Part shown: positions 20,418 to 29,838 of the stretch, one piece after another
Position numbering within the stretch: position 1 is the stretch's first letter
How the letters are laid out: every line of letters begins with the position of its first letter
Virus record (IMG/VR): IMGVR_UViG_3300020463_000009
Location: 1-64,000 of that record
Source: a virus
Strand: one strand, 5' to 3'
Length of the DNA: 64,000 nucleotides
Notes under the pieces: generated by a model
Database searches by the model: none
What the model was told of the DNA's origin: nothing
Seen by the model: only the letters and a program-made list of their open reading frames with translations
Made by a program: the position numbers and the translations under genes

Positions 20418-21122
20418 TTAAATATCCTTTATCTTATTATCAGGTCCAGCATAATGTATAATCTTTATATACTTATGTGCCTCACCCATTATTGCATAGT
20501 CTGTTTTAAATTTTTTGCAATATAATTTCTGTAATTCTAAATCTTTTCTAAAATCATTTGATTTTTTGTATAAAATTCTACCTGGTAATTTTTTAACTTT
20601 ATATCTTTCTTTAGCCGTTGAATTAACATAGTTTTGTTCACCATAATATTTTTTATGTACAATACCTTCATTATAATAATAGTTTTGTTTATAGTCTGGA
20701 TTTAGTTCAAAATCTTCCCATATCATTTTTAAAGTACCAGATTTAAATTTATAAAAACCACCGTTCATACCTAATTTATTATCCCACCAAGCGTCATAAG
20801 TTAATAACTCACCATCTTTTACTTTAGCAGTTAATATATCATCAATATTATTAACTATTACCTGGTCAATATCCATAATTATAATATCATCACCTGGTTT
20901 TTGATAACCATATAAAGGACTAAAGAATTTTAATTTATGCCAATGTTTTTTTATATTACTATGATGATTATAAGGTAATACTATATCTGCCTCAACATCC
21001 GTATCACTAATACATACAGATTGAAAAGGCACACTACTATGCTTTCTAATACTATTATAAAAATTAGATACGTAGTCTGGTGTATATAGACCTTTAAAAT
21101 ATACGGTACATATTTTAAGCAT
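20418..21122 (-). CDS. GT-A fold glycosyltransferase-like protein (GT8-like)
   Basis: YVSNFY..IRKH, HWHKL.FF, IMDIDQV (DxD), NGGFY, GEQNYV, IIHYAG. Confidence 0.72.
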   Translation of the reverse strand: MLKICTVYFKGLYTPDYVSNFYNSIRKHSSVPFQSVCISDTDVEADIVLPYNHHSNIKKHWHKLKFFSPLYGYQKPGDDIIIMDIDQVIVNNIDDILTAKVKDGELLTYDAWWDNKLGMNGGFYKFKSGTLKMIWEDFELNPDYKQNYYYNEGIVHKKYYGEQNYVNSTAKERYKVKKLPGRILYKKSNDFRKDLELQKLYCKKFKTDYAIMGEAHKYIKIIHYAGPDNKIKDI

Positions 21123-21954
21123 TTACATTTCTCCAAACAATATCAAATCTTTTGTTGATAGCGTGTATTAATTTTGTATCTTCAGGTATGAATAAGTTAT
21201 CATAGAAAAAGTAATGCCATTTATCATCAAGCCATTGTACAGATACATCTTTTTCTTTTAACTTAACACTAAACAAAGTTTCATTATCATAACCAAAGTA
21301 ATCTACTATTTTTTTAGGAAACATACTTTTGTCAAATTTTAATTGTGTCATTGTAATCATATCTTGGTCAAATTGATTAAAATACTCTAGTTGAAATAAA
21401 TGAGATTTATCTATACCTATAATACCAGTATTAACTACATCAACCTCTGAGCTAAGACCTCTATGTAATAACATTGCTTGAGCATTGTAATACTTTGAGT
21501 TAGGACTTCTAATTGTTTGAGAAGTTTCAGATATATCTTCTATCTTAGCGACCTTATTATTATTATTTGCAATAGCAATACCTTTAGATAAATCAAATAC
21601 TTCAAAAAAGTTTTCTTTAGTATTAGGCACCACATCAAAATCAATGTATAACATCTGGTCGTACTTTGAAGAAAACTTATAGAGTAAATATATCTTAAAA
21701 AAGTTTATTATGTTGTAAGTTGTTAAGAAAGGATATTTACCTTTCATTTCATCATAATATTCTTTATACTTATTTACTAATACAAAGTCAGCACCAATAC
21801 TATCAGCATATTCTTTTTTACAATCAATAAGTCTTTGATAGTTTTCTTTAAACTCATTTTTTGTATTTAAGTTTGTTTTTTGATTATCAACAAACTCGTT
21901 ATCAGGTACTTCAATGTATATACTATAAATTAATTTTTTCATATTTTCCAACAA
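21115..21954 (-). CDS. GT-A fold glycosyltransferase-like protein
   Basis: YADSIGADF, LYIDFDVV (DxD), VNTGII, DNETLF, WLDDKWH. Confidence 0.7.
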   Translation of the reverse strand: MLENMKKLIYSIYIEVPDNEFVDNQKTNLNTKNEFKENYQRLIDCKKEYADSIGADFVLVNKYKEYYDEMKGKYPFLTTYNIINFFKIYLLYKFSSKYDQMLYIDFDVVPNTKENFFEVFDLSKGIAIANNNNKVAKIEDISETSQTIRSPNSKYYNAQAMLLHRGLSSEVDVVNTGIIGIDKSHLFQLEYFNQFDQDMITMTQLKFDKSMFPKKIVDYFGYDNETLFSVKLKEKDVSVQWLDDKWHYFFYDNLFIPEDTKLIHAINKRFDIVWRNVNA

Positions 21955-22519
21955 GAGTAAATCTCAAGCCTCTTTCATCTTCGATTATACCTTTATCTAA
22001 AACTCTTGCATTGTCTGGTAATTGTTTTTGAAACTCATCAATACCACCAACACAATTAGTATGGTCTTTTATACTTCTCATATTATTTGATTGATAGGCA
22101 AAATAGGCATTCGTATCTAGTCTTAATTCTTTCATAGGTCGCATATGTTCGCAAGACGTATTAATAATTAAATTTGCATTTTGTATTCTACCTAATCTAT
22201 CTTCATTCCAAACATCACTTGTAATAAAATCAACATTATCATAATGATTAAATAATCTATGTTTAGCTAAACCAAGAACCTCATCATTTAAATCTATTAA
22301 GGTTATTCTTTTTACTTGTTTAAAAGCAGGTATTAATATACTACCATACCAACCACCAAGTATAACTATTTCACTATCACTATCAACCATATTTAAATCA
22401 TTAACCATTTTAATTAGCATTTCTTTAGATTTAAATTGATTAGGACTAAATGAATCTAAAAGGTCCATATTATGCCTACCTTCTCTCATTATATTTTTAA
22501 ATAATTGTAAATCTATCAT
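21923..22519 (-). CDS. class I SAM-dependent methyltransferase-like protein
   Basis: IVILGGWYG (motif I), ITLID (acidic motif II), LIINTSCEH. Confidence 0.7.
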   Translation of the reverse strand: MIDLQLFKNIMREGRHNMDLLDSFSPNQFKSKEMLIKMVNDLNMVDSDSEIVILGGWYGSILIPAFKQVKRITLIDLNDEVLGLAKHRLFNHYDNVDFITSDVWNEDRLGRIQNANLIINTSCEHMRPMKELRLDTNAYFAYQSNNMRSIKDHTNCVGGIDEFQKQLPDNARVLDKGIIEDERGLRFTLVGKYEKINL

Positions 22520-22614
22520 TTTAATTTCCCCATAACTATTAGTCTTGCAATTTTAGGTGAATAATTGTTAATACAAATATATTCTACCAATCTTTTTCTA
22601 AACATAAAAAGCAT
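22516..22614 (-). CDS. 32-aa peptide, translationally coupled on both sides
   Basis: MLFMFRKRLVEYICINNYSPKIARLIVMGKLK*; ATG overlaps upstream TAA (TAATG) and TGA overlaps next ATG (ATGA); alternative start at 22626. Confidence 0.6.
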   Translation of the reverse strand: MLFMFRKRLVEYICINNYSPKIARLIVMGKLK

Positions 22615-23303
22615 TACTTCTTCCATTTAATAATCTCCTCATACTCTGGTTTAATATCTTCTTTTTCTCTTCCGTAAGACCTTAACATTTCATATCTATA
22701 AAGTTCACTATATCCTGCTGACATTAAAACTATTGGTCTATAATCAGCGTCTTTTAATCCTATGTCGTGCCATTTTTCTATCTCTCTAAAAAAACAAGAA
22801 GTATATGATACATCTATATTTTGTTCAAGTAAATAACTTGATAAATTTTGTATAAACATTCCTACTTCAACTGCCGAAGTATCAATAAAATTGTGTACTC
22901 TACTTGGCCAGGCTTGGTCAAAAAACATTCCTTCTTCAACTTGTTTTTCATAAAATTTATTAGGATTTCTAGGTTGAGCGTGAATACAAAATAAGTAAGG
23001 ATTAGATTTTATATGTTCATAGTAGGGGTTTGGTTTACCACTCTCTGTTCTTGTTGCCTCACCTCTTTGCATTGCTCTTTTCTCGGCGTCTTTATGATTT
23101 TCTGCAACCATTTTCCAAACTTTTATTTTTTCTTCTTTATGTTCAGGACCATAAACAATTACTTTCCAAGGCATAGCATTATTTTTAGATGGTGATGTTT
23201 TCCAGGCCTGCCATAATGCAAACTCTATTTTATCTTTTGGTGGCACATCATCTTTATAAAATCTAACGTGATGTCTTTTTTCTAATAAATCAAACGTACT
23301 CAT
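22614..23303 (-). CDS. nitroreductase-family (FMN) protein
   Basis: LLEKRHHVRFY, TSPSKNNAMPWKV, EVGMFIQNL, MSAGY. Confidence 0.8.
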   Translation of the reverse strand: MSTFDLLEKRHHVRFYKDDVPPKDKIEFALWQAWKTSPSKNNAMPWKVIVYGPEHKEEKIKVWKMVAENHKDAEKRAMQRGEATRTESGKPNPYYEHIKSNPYLFCIHAQPRNPNKFYEKQVEEGMFFDQAWPSRVHNFIDTSAVEVGMFIQNLSSYLLEQNIDVSYTSCFFREIEKWHDIGLKDADYRPIVLMSAGYSELYRYEMLRSYGREKEDIKPEYEEIIKWKK

Positions 23304-24787
23304 TTATACATAACCTTATCATTAATTACTAATATATCTAATGCAGTTTTTTTAAAAGTTTTTAAAGCGTGTTCAGGTGAATCTACAATAGGTTCTTGAC
23401 AATTAAAACTTGTATTTAATAACATAGGTACACCTGTCTCTTTGTAAAATGCATTTATAATATCGTAAAACTTTTGATTAAACTTTCTATTGACCGTTTG
23501 TATTCTTGCAGTATTATCAACGTGAGTAATACCAGGTACTTCAGCTGATTTAACTTTACATATACGAGACATAAAAGGACTTGGTAATCTTGTATCAAAA
23601 TAATCTTGATAATGTTCTTCTAATACTGCTGGTGCAAATGGTCTAAAATCTTCTCTATTTTTAATTGTACTATTAATAATATTCTTAATATTAGGATTTC
23701 TAGGGTCTGCTAATATACTTCTATTACCTAATGCACGATTACCACTTTCTGCTCTATCTTGAAACCAACCAACTATTTTACCACTAGCGATTTCTTTTGC
23801 AATCTTTTCATAGTCAGCGTATATAAAACCAGGAAAAGAATAATTAGAACCAGCAAAAGTATCTGTTTTATGTACTTCATCATTTAAATTATAACTTGCG
23901 TGTTGATAAACACCTAATGCTTGGCCTTCATCACCTACAGCAGGTGGTACATATACGTTTTCATAATGATTTAAAAACTCTTCATTCATATAACCATTGT
24001 ATGCAACACCACCAGCAATACAAAGATTTTCGCAAGTTTTAAGTGGATAGATATGCTCTTTTATTTTGTCTAAAGTAAATTTTTGTAGAGTATGTGCTAA
24101 GTCTTCTTTACCATACTTTTCTATATTAATCAGATTGTGTATATCATACTTCTTCTCTCGGATATCGCCGGAGATTATCGTTTCAAACACATCATAGTAG
24201 TATTGATTAAAACTACCATAGCCGACTAACCCCATCAGTTTACTTGCGCCTAATGAACCAAATCCAGTCAGTTTAGCCATTTGATTCCATAACCACCCTA
24301 TTGGTAACTCTTTTGATAGGTCTTTTATGTTTGTATCTTTATCAACAAATATACATCTAAATTTAGCACCTATTCCGTCAATGGCAAGTATATCTGAAAA
24401 CTCAAAGTCAGAATTTATCAAAGCATATGTGGCGTGAGCTTGGTGGTGGTCACAATAGTAAATATCATCTTTGAACACATAGTCAAATAATTTAGTTGGT
24501 ACAAAATTAAGAAACTCTTTATCAATAATTTCTTTTATCATTCTAATACCACCTAGAGTATAAGAAAATGCTAACACACCATCTGTCTTCTTAAAATATT
24601 CATTTACAAATTCATTGTTTAGTTTATAATCATTTGTATTTAACTTATCATTATCGTGGTCATATGCTTCTACGTGATAAGGTAGATTATGTTTAAATCT
24701 AGTATATCTTTCCATTTGTTTATGTAATTTGCCATCATAAACATTATGGTCGTGTAAGTTTAAAGCTACAGCAGTTATTTTATGCAT
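23300..24787 (-). CDS. carbamoyltransferase, NodU/CmcH/TobZ family
   Basis: HD, ERYTR.KH, HHQAH, IDG.G, AGGVAYN, GDEG.ALG, RALGNRSILADP, KNREDFRPFAP, HVDNTARIQTV, LLNTSFN. Confidence 0.93.
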   Translation of the reverse strand: MHKITAVALNLHDHNVYDGKLHKQMERYTRFKHNLPYHVEAYDHDNDKLNTNDYKLNNEFVNEYFKKTDGVLAFSYTLGGIRMIKEIIDKEFLNFVPTKLFDYVFKDDIYYCDHHQAHATYALINSDFEFSDILAIDGIGAKFRCIFVDKDTNIKDLSKELPIGWLWNQMAKLTGFGSLGASKLMGLVGYGSFNQYYYDVFETIISGDIREKKYDIHNLINIEKYGKEDLAHTLQKFTLDKIKEHIYPLKTCENLCIAGGVAYNGYMNEEFLNHYENVYVPPAVGDEGQALGVYQHASYNLNDEVHKTDTFAGSNYSFPGFIYADYEKIAKEIASGKIVGWFQDRAESGNRALGNRSILADPRNPNIKNIINSTIKNREDFRPFAPAVLEEHYQDYFDTRLPSPFMSRICKVKSAEVPGITHVDNTARIQTVNRKFNQKFYDIINAFYKETGVPMLLNTSFNCQEPIVDSPEHALKTFKKTALDILVINDKVMYK

Positions 24788-25604
24788 TTAACACCTTCGC
24801 ATATTTTCTAAAAGGAAAATGACCTTTTGGTGGTACCCATTCGGTACAAGTTTTACAATAGTTCTCATACTTAAATAATTGCCAGTTCATCATCTTATCT
24901 ATATTCTCTTGCGTTAAGTCAAACGTTTTAGATAGTTCTTTATTATTAGCAAACTTTTTACTACAATGTACAATATGTCTCTTTTCAAAATCTATTACAG
25001 GCACCTGTGGAAAAGCTGCACACATTTTCCTATCTATCTCTTCAGCCTGTATAACATCTGTAAATTCTGGTGACCTGCCGTTAAATGCTTTCCACATAGT
25101 ATTCTTATGATTTAATTTTTCTAATACTTCAGGATATTTGTCTTTGTATTTAAAGTAATTTGGTGTTCTAACAACAACGTTAAAATTATTCTTATCATTT
25201 TCTGATACATAATCAAAATTACCTAGTTTTTTAACCTCATCTTCATACCAATCTAATATATTATGTTCAACATATAATATATCTTTATCTTCTAATATAT
25301 GAGGATATCTTTTTCTAATAAATGAGTTTGATAATACTGAACATATAAAATTAGGATACTTTTTAATTTCATTAATAACCTCATCTAAATTTTTAATTAA
25401 ACCTGGCTCACCACCTAATAAGTTAATTCTTACTTTATAATTTTTTAAATACTCTAAACACATTTTCAAAAAATCCATATCAACCGTTAAGTTTCTCATT
25501 TCTAAAGTATAACTTGTACAATAATGACAATCTTTATTACACGACATAGATAGAAAGAAATCTATCGCTCTATAATTATCTTGTATTTCTTTAAATGTTT
25601 TCAT
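24780..25604 (-). CDS. radical SAM protein with C-terminal Cys cluster (Twitch/SPASM-like)
   Basis: CNKDCHYC, LLGGEP, C-terminal C...C...CKTC. Confidence 0.88.
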   Translation of the reverse strand: MKTFKEIQDNYRAIDFFLSMSCNKDCHYCTSYTLEMRNLTVDMDFLKMCLEYLKNYKVRINLLGGEPGLIKNLDEVINEIKKYPNFICSVLSNSFIRKRYPHILEDKDILYVEHNILDWYEDEVKKLGNFDYVSENDKNNFNVVVRTPNYFKYKDKYPEVLEKLNHKNTMWKAFNGRSPEFTDVIQAEEIDRKMCAAFPQVPVIDFEKRHIVHCSKKFANNKELSKTFDLTQENIDKMMNWQLFKYENYCKTCTEWVPPKGHFPFRKYAKVLNA

Positions 25605-25896
25605 ATATTGTTTTAAAAAAGAAAGTATTAAATGCTATTAATAATTTTTCTTTTGGTTTATCTGTTAAGTATGAAGTTATATCAATCCATTCTGGCATTT
25701 GATAGGTCTTCTCAATTAAATAGTGGTAGATATCTTCTACCTCTTTATCAACTAAACTTTCATCAAACATATCATCACCAACAACTTTTCGCATAGTTTG
25801 ACAAAGTGCAATCGGACACTTATCAGTTATATCAATCATATTACCTTTTTTGTCAATATAACTAAATTGAGTAAAAGATTTATTGTGTTCTATCAT
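25591..25896 (-). CDS. hypothetical protein
   Basis: Overlaps both neighbours in the minus-strand operon. Confidence 0.65.
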   Translation of the reverse strand: MIEHNKSFTQFSYIDKKGNMIDITDKCPIALCQTMRKVVGDDMFDESLVDKEVEDIYHYLIEKTYQMPEWIDITSYLTDKPKEKLLIAFNTFFFKTIYENI

Positions 25897-26936
25897 ATTA
25901 ATAGTAAGATAGTATTAATTACTTTATCTAGTTCCTCTTTTTTCATAAACGGATGTAAAGGTAATGTTAATATTGAATCACAAACTATTCGTGTAATAAA
26001 ATCATCATCTTTTCTATGTTCTATATTTTCATACATTATATTATCTGAAATAGGTTTATCATAATGTATTTGACCTAATTTAGCCTTTACTCTGTCTCTT
26101 ACTTCTTTGTTTTGAAATCTAACTACATATTTGTGGTAGTTATGATTTAGATTATCAGGATTACTTTGTACGGTTACATATTCTTTTAATTTATCATCAT
26201 AGTATCTGGCATTTGCCTGTCTTCTTTGAATATAATCACCTAGTTTTTTTAATCTAAAATTAATAAATTCAGCATTAAATAATAACATTTTAGAATTGTA
26301 ACCTAGTTGTTTATGTTCGCCGTGTTTTCTTAATCTTTTAAATATCTCTGTATTACCATTTGTTAGTATCGCACCACCACCAGCAATACCAGCCACAACT
26401 TTATTTGCATTAAAACTTAACGTACTAATATCACCGATTGTTCCTGCTAAAGTACCATTTAAACTAGAACCAAGAGATTGGCAAGCGTCTTCTATAAAAT
26501 GAATATTTTTCTCTTGACAAAATTGTTTTATCTTGCTAGTATCAGACATATTACCAAATAAGTGAGGATAAATTATGGCTTTTACTTTGTCAGAATACAT
26601 CCTTTTAATACTATCTAAAGACATATGATAATCAGGCATATTAATATCACAAAATACTGGTGTCGCACCTACCATTGATATACAAGACGCAGTTGATATC
26701 CAAGAAAAGTTTGTTGTTAATACTTCATCACCTTTACCAACACCTATTTTTAATAATGAAAAAAATAATGCGTCTGTACCACTATTACAAACAACAACAT
26801 TTCTACCAAACATATCAGATAAACTATCTTCAAGAAACTCGATATTACCTTCTTGATTATCTTGTCTCATAACTTTATCAAATAGTTTTAAATATTCGCC
26901 AGTATAAATTTCGTATTCTTTATCCCAACCGTGCAT
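25893..26936 (-). CDS. DegT/DnrJ/EryC1/StrS PLP-dependent sugar aminotransferase
   Basis: NSGTDAL, GATPVFCD, HLFG, IEDACQSLG, SFNANK (PLP lysine), LPLHP. Confidence 0.92.
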   Translation of the reverse strand: MHGWDKEYEIYTGEYLKLFDKVMRQDNQEGNIEFLEDSLSDMFGRNVVVCNSGTDALFFSLLKIGVGKGDEVLTTNFSWISTASCISMVGATPVFCDINMPDYHMSLDSIKRMYSDKVKAIIYPHLFGNMSDTSKIKQFCQEKNIHFIEDACQSLGSSLNGTLAGTIGDISTLSFNANKVVAGIAGGGAILTNGNTEIFKRLRKHGEHKQLGYNSKMLLFNAEFINFRLKKLGDYIQRRQANARYYDDKLKEYVTVQSNPDNLNHNYHKYVVRFQNKEVRDRVKAKLGQIHYDKPISDNIMYENIEHRKDDDFITRIVCDSILTLPLHPFMKKEELDKVINTILLLI

Positions 26937-27606
26937 ATAACTCCTCCGCTATTACTTGATGACCTTTTTCATTAGGGTGGCCATCTTCTCTTGATATGTA
27001 ATCTTCAGGTTTTTTCATAAAGTCTTGCATAGAAAAACCACCAAGTTCTTTACTAGGAAAACCTATAAAATTATCATCAATTAAATTATATAAGGGATTT
27101 TTTTGCATTTCAAAATAATGTTCTTGCCTTGTTAAAAGTTTACCTCTAGCTTTAGGCCAGACTTCGGGGTTATCAGTCCACCTTGCAGTTTCATATGAAT
27201 CAATTATTTGTACTTGTTTATATTTTAATCCTAATGATTTACATAATTGTTGAAAACTATATTGAAACATTAAAGTTCTACCTATAAAATAATGATTGTC
27301 GCCTTTTTCGTCCCAAATGTCATTATTCCAATGAGACTTATCTAAATAATAATAATCTCTACGTGCAGCTCTTGACCAACCTGCTAACACTAGACCTATA
27401 TTTTTTGCGTTTATATTTTTGACAATACTTGTATAAATGTATTCTTGACCGGCACCTGATTGACCTACGTTTATACAATTCATATCTAACTTTTTAGCTA
27501 AGAGTTGAGGCCATTTTGGCCAAGAACAATCTAACTCTGGATGATGAGCAGATTGATAATTTTCTGTCGTATAACTACAACCACTAACTAATAATATTTT
27601 TTTCAT
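26920..27606 (-). CDS. SGNH/GDSL-like hydrolase or acyltransferase
   Basis: VSGCSYT (block I), WPQLLA, NVGQSGAG, DGHPNEKGHQ.IAE.L. Confidence 0.72.
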   Translation of the reverse strand: MKKILLVSGCSYTTENYQSAHHPELDCSWPKWPQLLAKKLDMNCINVGQSGAGQEYIYTSIVKNINAKNIGLVLAGWSRAARRDYYYLDKSHWNNDIWDEKGDNHYFIGRTLMFQYSFQQLCKSLGLKYKQVQIIDSYETARWTDNPEVWPKARGKLLTRQEHYFEMQKNPLYNLIDDNFIGFPSKELGGFSMQDFMKKPEDYISREDGHPNEKGHQVIAEELYARLG

Positions 27607-28480
27607 TTATAGTCTCAATCAATTTTACTAATATTTTTGCATTATCTGAATACATCTTTTTTGTAGGCACAGGTCGTTTCATATAAACAGGACCGCCATC
27701 TTTTATATTTTTATCTCTTAAATATTCTATATTTTTACCTAGCCATTTACATTCTTGTATAAGTCTTGGCGCTGGGTCATAATAATTCTTTGTATAAACA
27801 TATGTGTTAAAAAGACCTAATAAATTATGAACAGGCGCAATTATATTATTGTAGTCTATTATAGTATAATCCTCGTCATATGTCAATATTCCGTGTGATG
27901 TAAAGCACCTAGGACACTCTTTTATCCATCTATCCACCTCTTTATAATACACGTCATTTGTGCCTAAAAATAGATACTCAAATTGTACGTCATTTTTTAC
28001 TGGTTTATACTCTTCAAAATTAATCATTTTCTCATATTGAGTACCAACACCATTAGGGTAAACATCATAATCGCATAAGTCATAAACTTCTTTAGGTTTA
28101 AAATATTCTAGTGCAATCGGATATTCTTTTACGTGATTTTCAGAATATACAGATATCAGCTTATTGTTAAACAATAGATGACCAGTCATTAATTGGTCAG
28201 TAGAATATTCGTCTCTACTTTTCCATAACAAAGTTAACATACTTCTACCTAATATAAAAGTAATATCATTTGTTTCTGGTGTATAGAAATCAAATATTAT
28301 ATTAGTACAAGTTTTGTACTTTTCTGTTATTGCGTCTATGTAATGTTTTTTTGAAAAGTTATAATGAGTGATTATTACTAATTGAGCTTCAATCCCTATC
28401 GAGTTTAAATAACAACAATGCTCATAACTATAACAAAGCAATCCATCACCAGGTTTACTGGTACATACTATATTAATCAT
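27584..28480 (-). CDS. hypothetical protein, possibly GT-B-like
   Basis: First gene after minus-strand late promoter; C-terminal YVYTK..YDPAPRLIQEC resembles a GT-B donor-binding segment (weak). Confidence 0.5.
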   Translation of the reverse strand: MINIVCTSKPGDGLLCYSYEHCCYLNSIGIEAQLVIITHYNFSKKHYIDAITEKYKTCTNIIFDFYTPETNDITFILGRSMLTLLWKSRDEYSTDQLMTGHLLFNNKLISVYSENHVKEYPIALEYFKPKEVYDLCDYDVYPNGVGTQYEKMINFEEYKPVKNDVQFEYLFLGTNDVYYKEVDRWIKECPRCFTSHGILTYDEDYTIIDYNNIIAPVHNLLGLFNTYVYTKNYYDPAPRLIQECKWLGKNIEYLRDKNIKDGGPVYMKRPVPTKKMYSDNAKILVKLIETINEKNIIS

Positions 28481-28485
28481 ACGGA

Positions 28486-28499
28486 TATTTATATAAATA
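28486..28499. promoter_or_regulatory. palindromic bidirectional late promoter TATTTATATAAATA
   Basis: Minus-strand TATAAATA at 28486-28493 and plus-strand TATAAATA at 28492-28499, between divergent operons. Confidence 0.85.
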
Positions 28500-28528
28500 G
28501 GAGGAACATATATTTTAAAGGTGATGAA

Positions 28529-29146
28529 ATGAATTATAATAATTTACTGACTTTTGGTGATGTTATAGAATTGAGATTAAATTGTAATGTCTCTAAGCTT
28601 CTGTATAATACAAAACAATATGAATGGAAGCGATATAACCCCAGAAAAGATATTCCTAGATACGGCTTAAGTGTTACCAGTTTAGACGGTAGTTTAAACG
28701 GCATAGATTTAGATTCTATTGCAGAATACAATAAAGAGAATGGTACATCATATAACGAAAGTTCATTTAAAACTTTTACAGACGTATATAAGAATTGTTA
28801 TGAAACAAGAAAACTAGTAGAGCCCTTTGAGCCTTGGTTATGGCGAACACATTATTTAAATTTTAAAAGAGGTGGATTTTTTCCACCACATAGAGATATG
28901 AGACACGTAGGTGAACAAGAGTCTTTTAGAATATTAGTGCCTTTAAAATGTTGTAATCCACCAGGTATGTTTTTTATGTATGACGGTAAACCTTTACATT
29001 TTAATATGGGTACAGCATACTTTGTAAACACAAATAAAATGCATAGTATATTTTCGTATGAAGATAATGCTTATATGATGGTAATGAATGTAGAATGTAA
29101 TGAAGAATCTTTAAAAAAAGTAGGTGAATTAATCAGATGGAAATAA
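28529..29146 (+). CDS. 2OG-Fe(II) oxygenase, aspartyl/asparaginyl beta-hydroxylase-like
   Basis: PPHRD (HxD), FRILVPL, YFVNT.KMHS; start moved from 28418 to ATG 28529 (AAGGTGA SD, downstream of promoter). Confidence 0.8.
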   Translation: MNYNNLLTFGDVIELRLNCNVSKLLYNTKQYEWKRYNPRKDIPRYGLSVTSLDGSLNGIDLDSIAEYNKENGTSYNESSFKTFTDVYKNCYETRKLVEPFEPWLWRTHYLNFKRGGFFPPHRDMRHVGEQESFRILVPLKCCNPPGMFFMYDGKPLHFNMGTAYFVNTNKMHSIFSYEDNAYMMVMNVECNEESLKKVGELIRWK

Positions 29147-29838
29147 CTAGAGAAAAAGTATTTACAGATTTAGTATGTGTTGCTAATATAGGTCAAGTGA
29201 GTCCTGAAGAAGAATTAAAATTAGCAGAGTCTTTAGGTAAAGTTCAAAAGCCAGAGAACGAAAGACAATTAGAATTACATAAACAATTTAAAGGAGAATT
29301 ACCTGGTATAGTTCACGTTACCGAAGGTGGTTTATTTGGTCATAAAAAACTTTTAGATTGGCACGCCAATAAACCTAGCGACCCTAATAGAGCTTCGATA
29401 GTTTGGATTTATGCAGTTAAAGGTAGTGAGGGTAGTATCACTAGTTGGATTGATAATAAGAAAGCATATGAAGATTTACCAGATGATATAAAAGCACATT
29501 GTCATAATGTAAAATTTACCTGTGGTTTTAAAAGAGGTGGTTATACAGACGACCCTACTTTTAAAGAACATCATAATAAAGATAAAGAATATAAATTAAT
29601 CTATATAAATGAATATGGTCAAAAAGGATTATTCTTTCCTTTTTTACAAATTATGGATGGAATACCAAAGGCATTATACGATTACTTAAAGAATCATATT
29701 TTAAAAGATAAATATAGATATGACCATCATTGGAAAGATGGCGATTTAGTTGTTAGTGAACAATGGTTAACAATACACAAAAGACACGCCTTTGAAAAGA
29801 TGAATGAAAGGCTAATGCATAGAATAGCAATATGGTAG
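29137..29838 (+). CDS. TauD/TfdA-like dioxygenase with atypical H-x-N motif
   Basis: LDWHANK, T.WID.K.AYEDLP, YDHHWKDGDLVV.....IHKR, RLMHR. Confidence 0.8.
   Translation: MEITREKVFTDLVCVANIGQVSPEEELKLAESLGKVQKPENERQLELHKQFKGELPGIVHVTEGGLFGHKKLLDWHANKPSDPNRASIVWIYAVKGSEGSITSWIDNKKAYEDLPDDIKAHCHNVKFTCGFKRGGYTDDPTFKEHHNKDKEYKLIYINEYGQKGLFFPFLQIMDGIPKALYDYLKNHILKDKYRYDHHWKDGDLVVSEQWLTIHKRHAFEKMNERLMHRIAIW

Noticed and set aside
28418-28528. ORF-track N-terminal extensions at 28418, 50494 and 313
   Set aside because: They cross promoters or overlap other genes; downstream ATGs with SD motifs are more plausible
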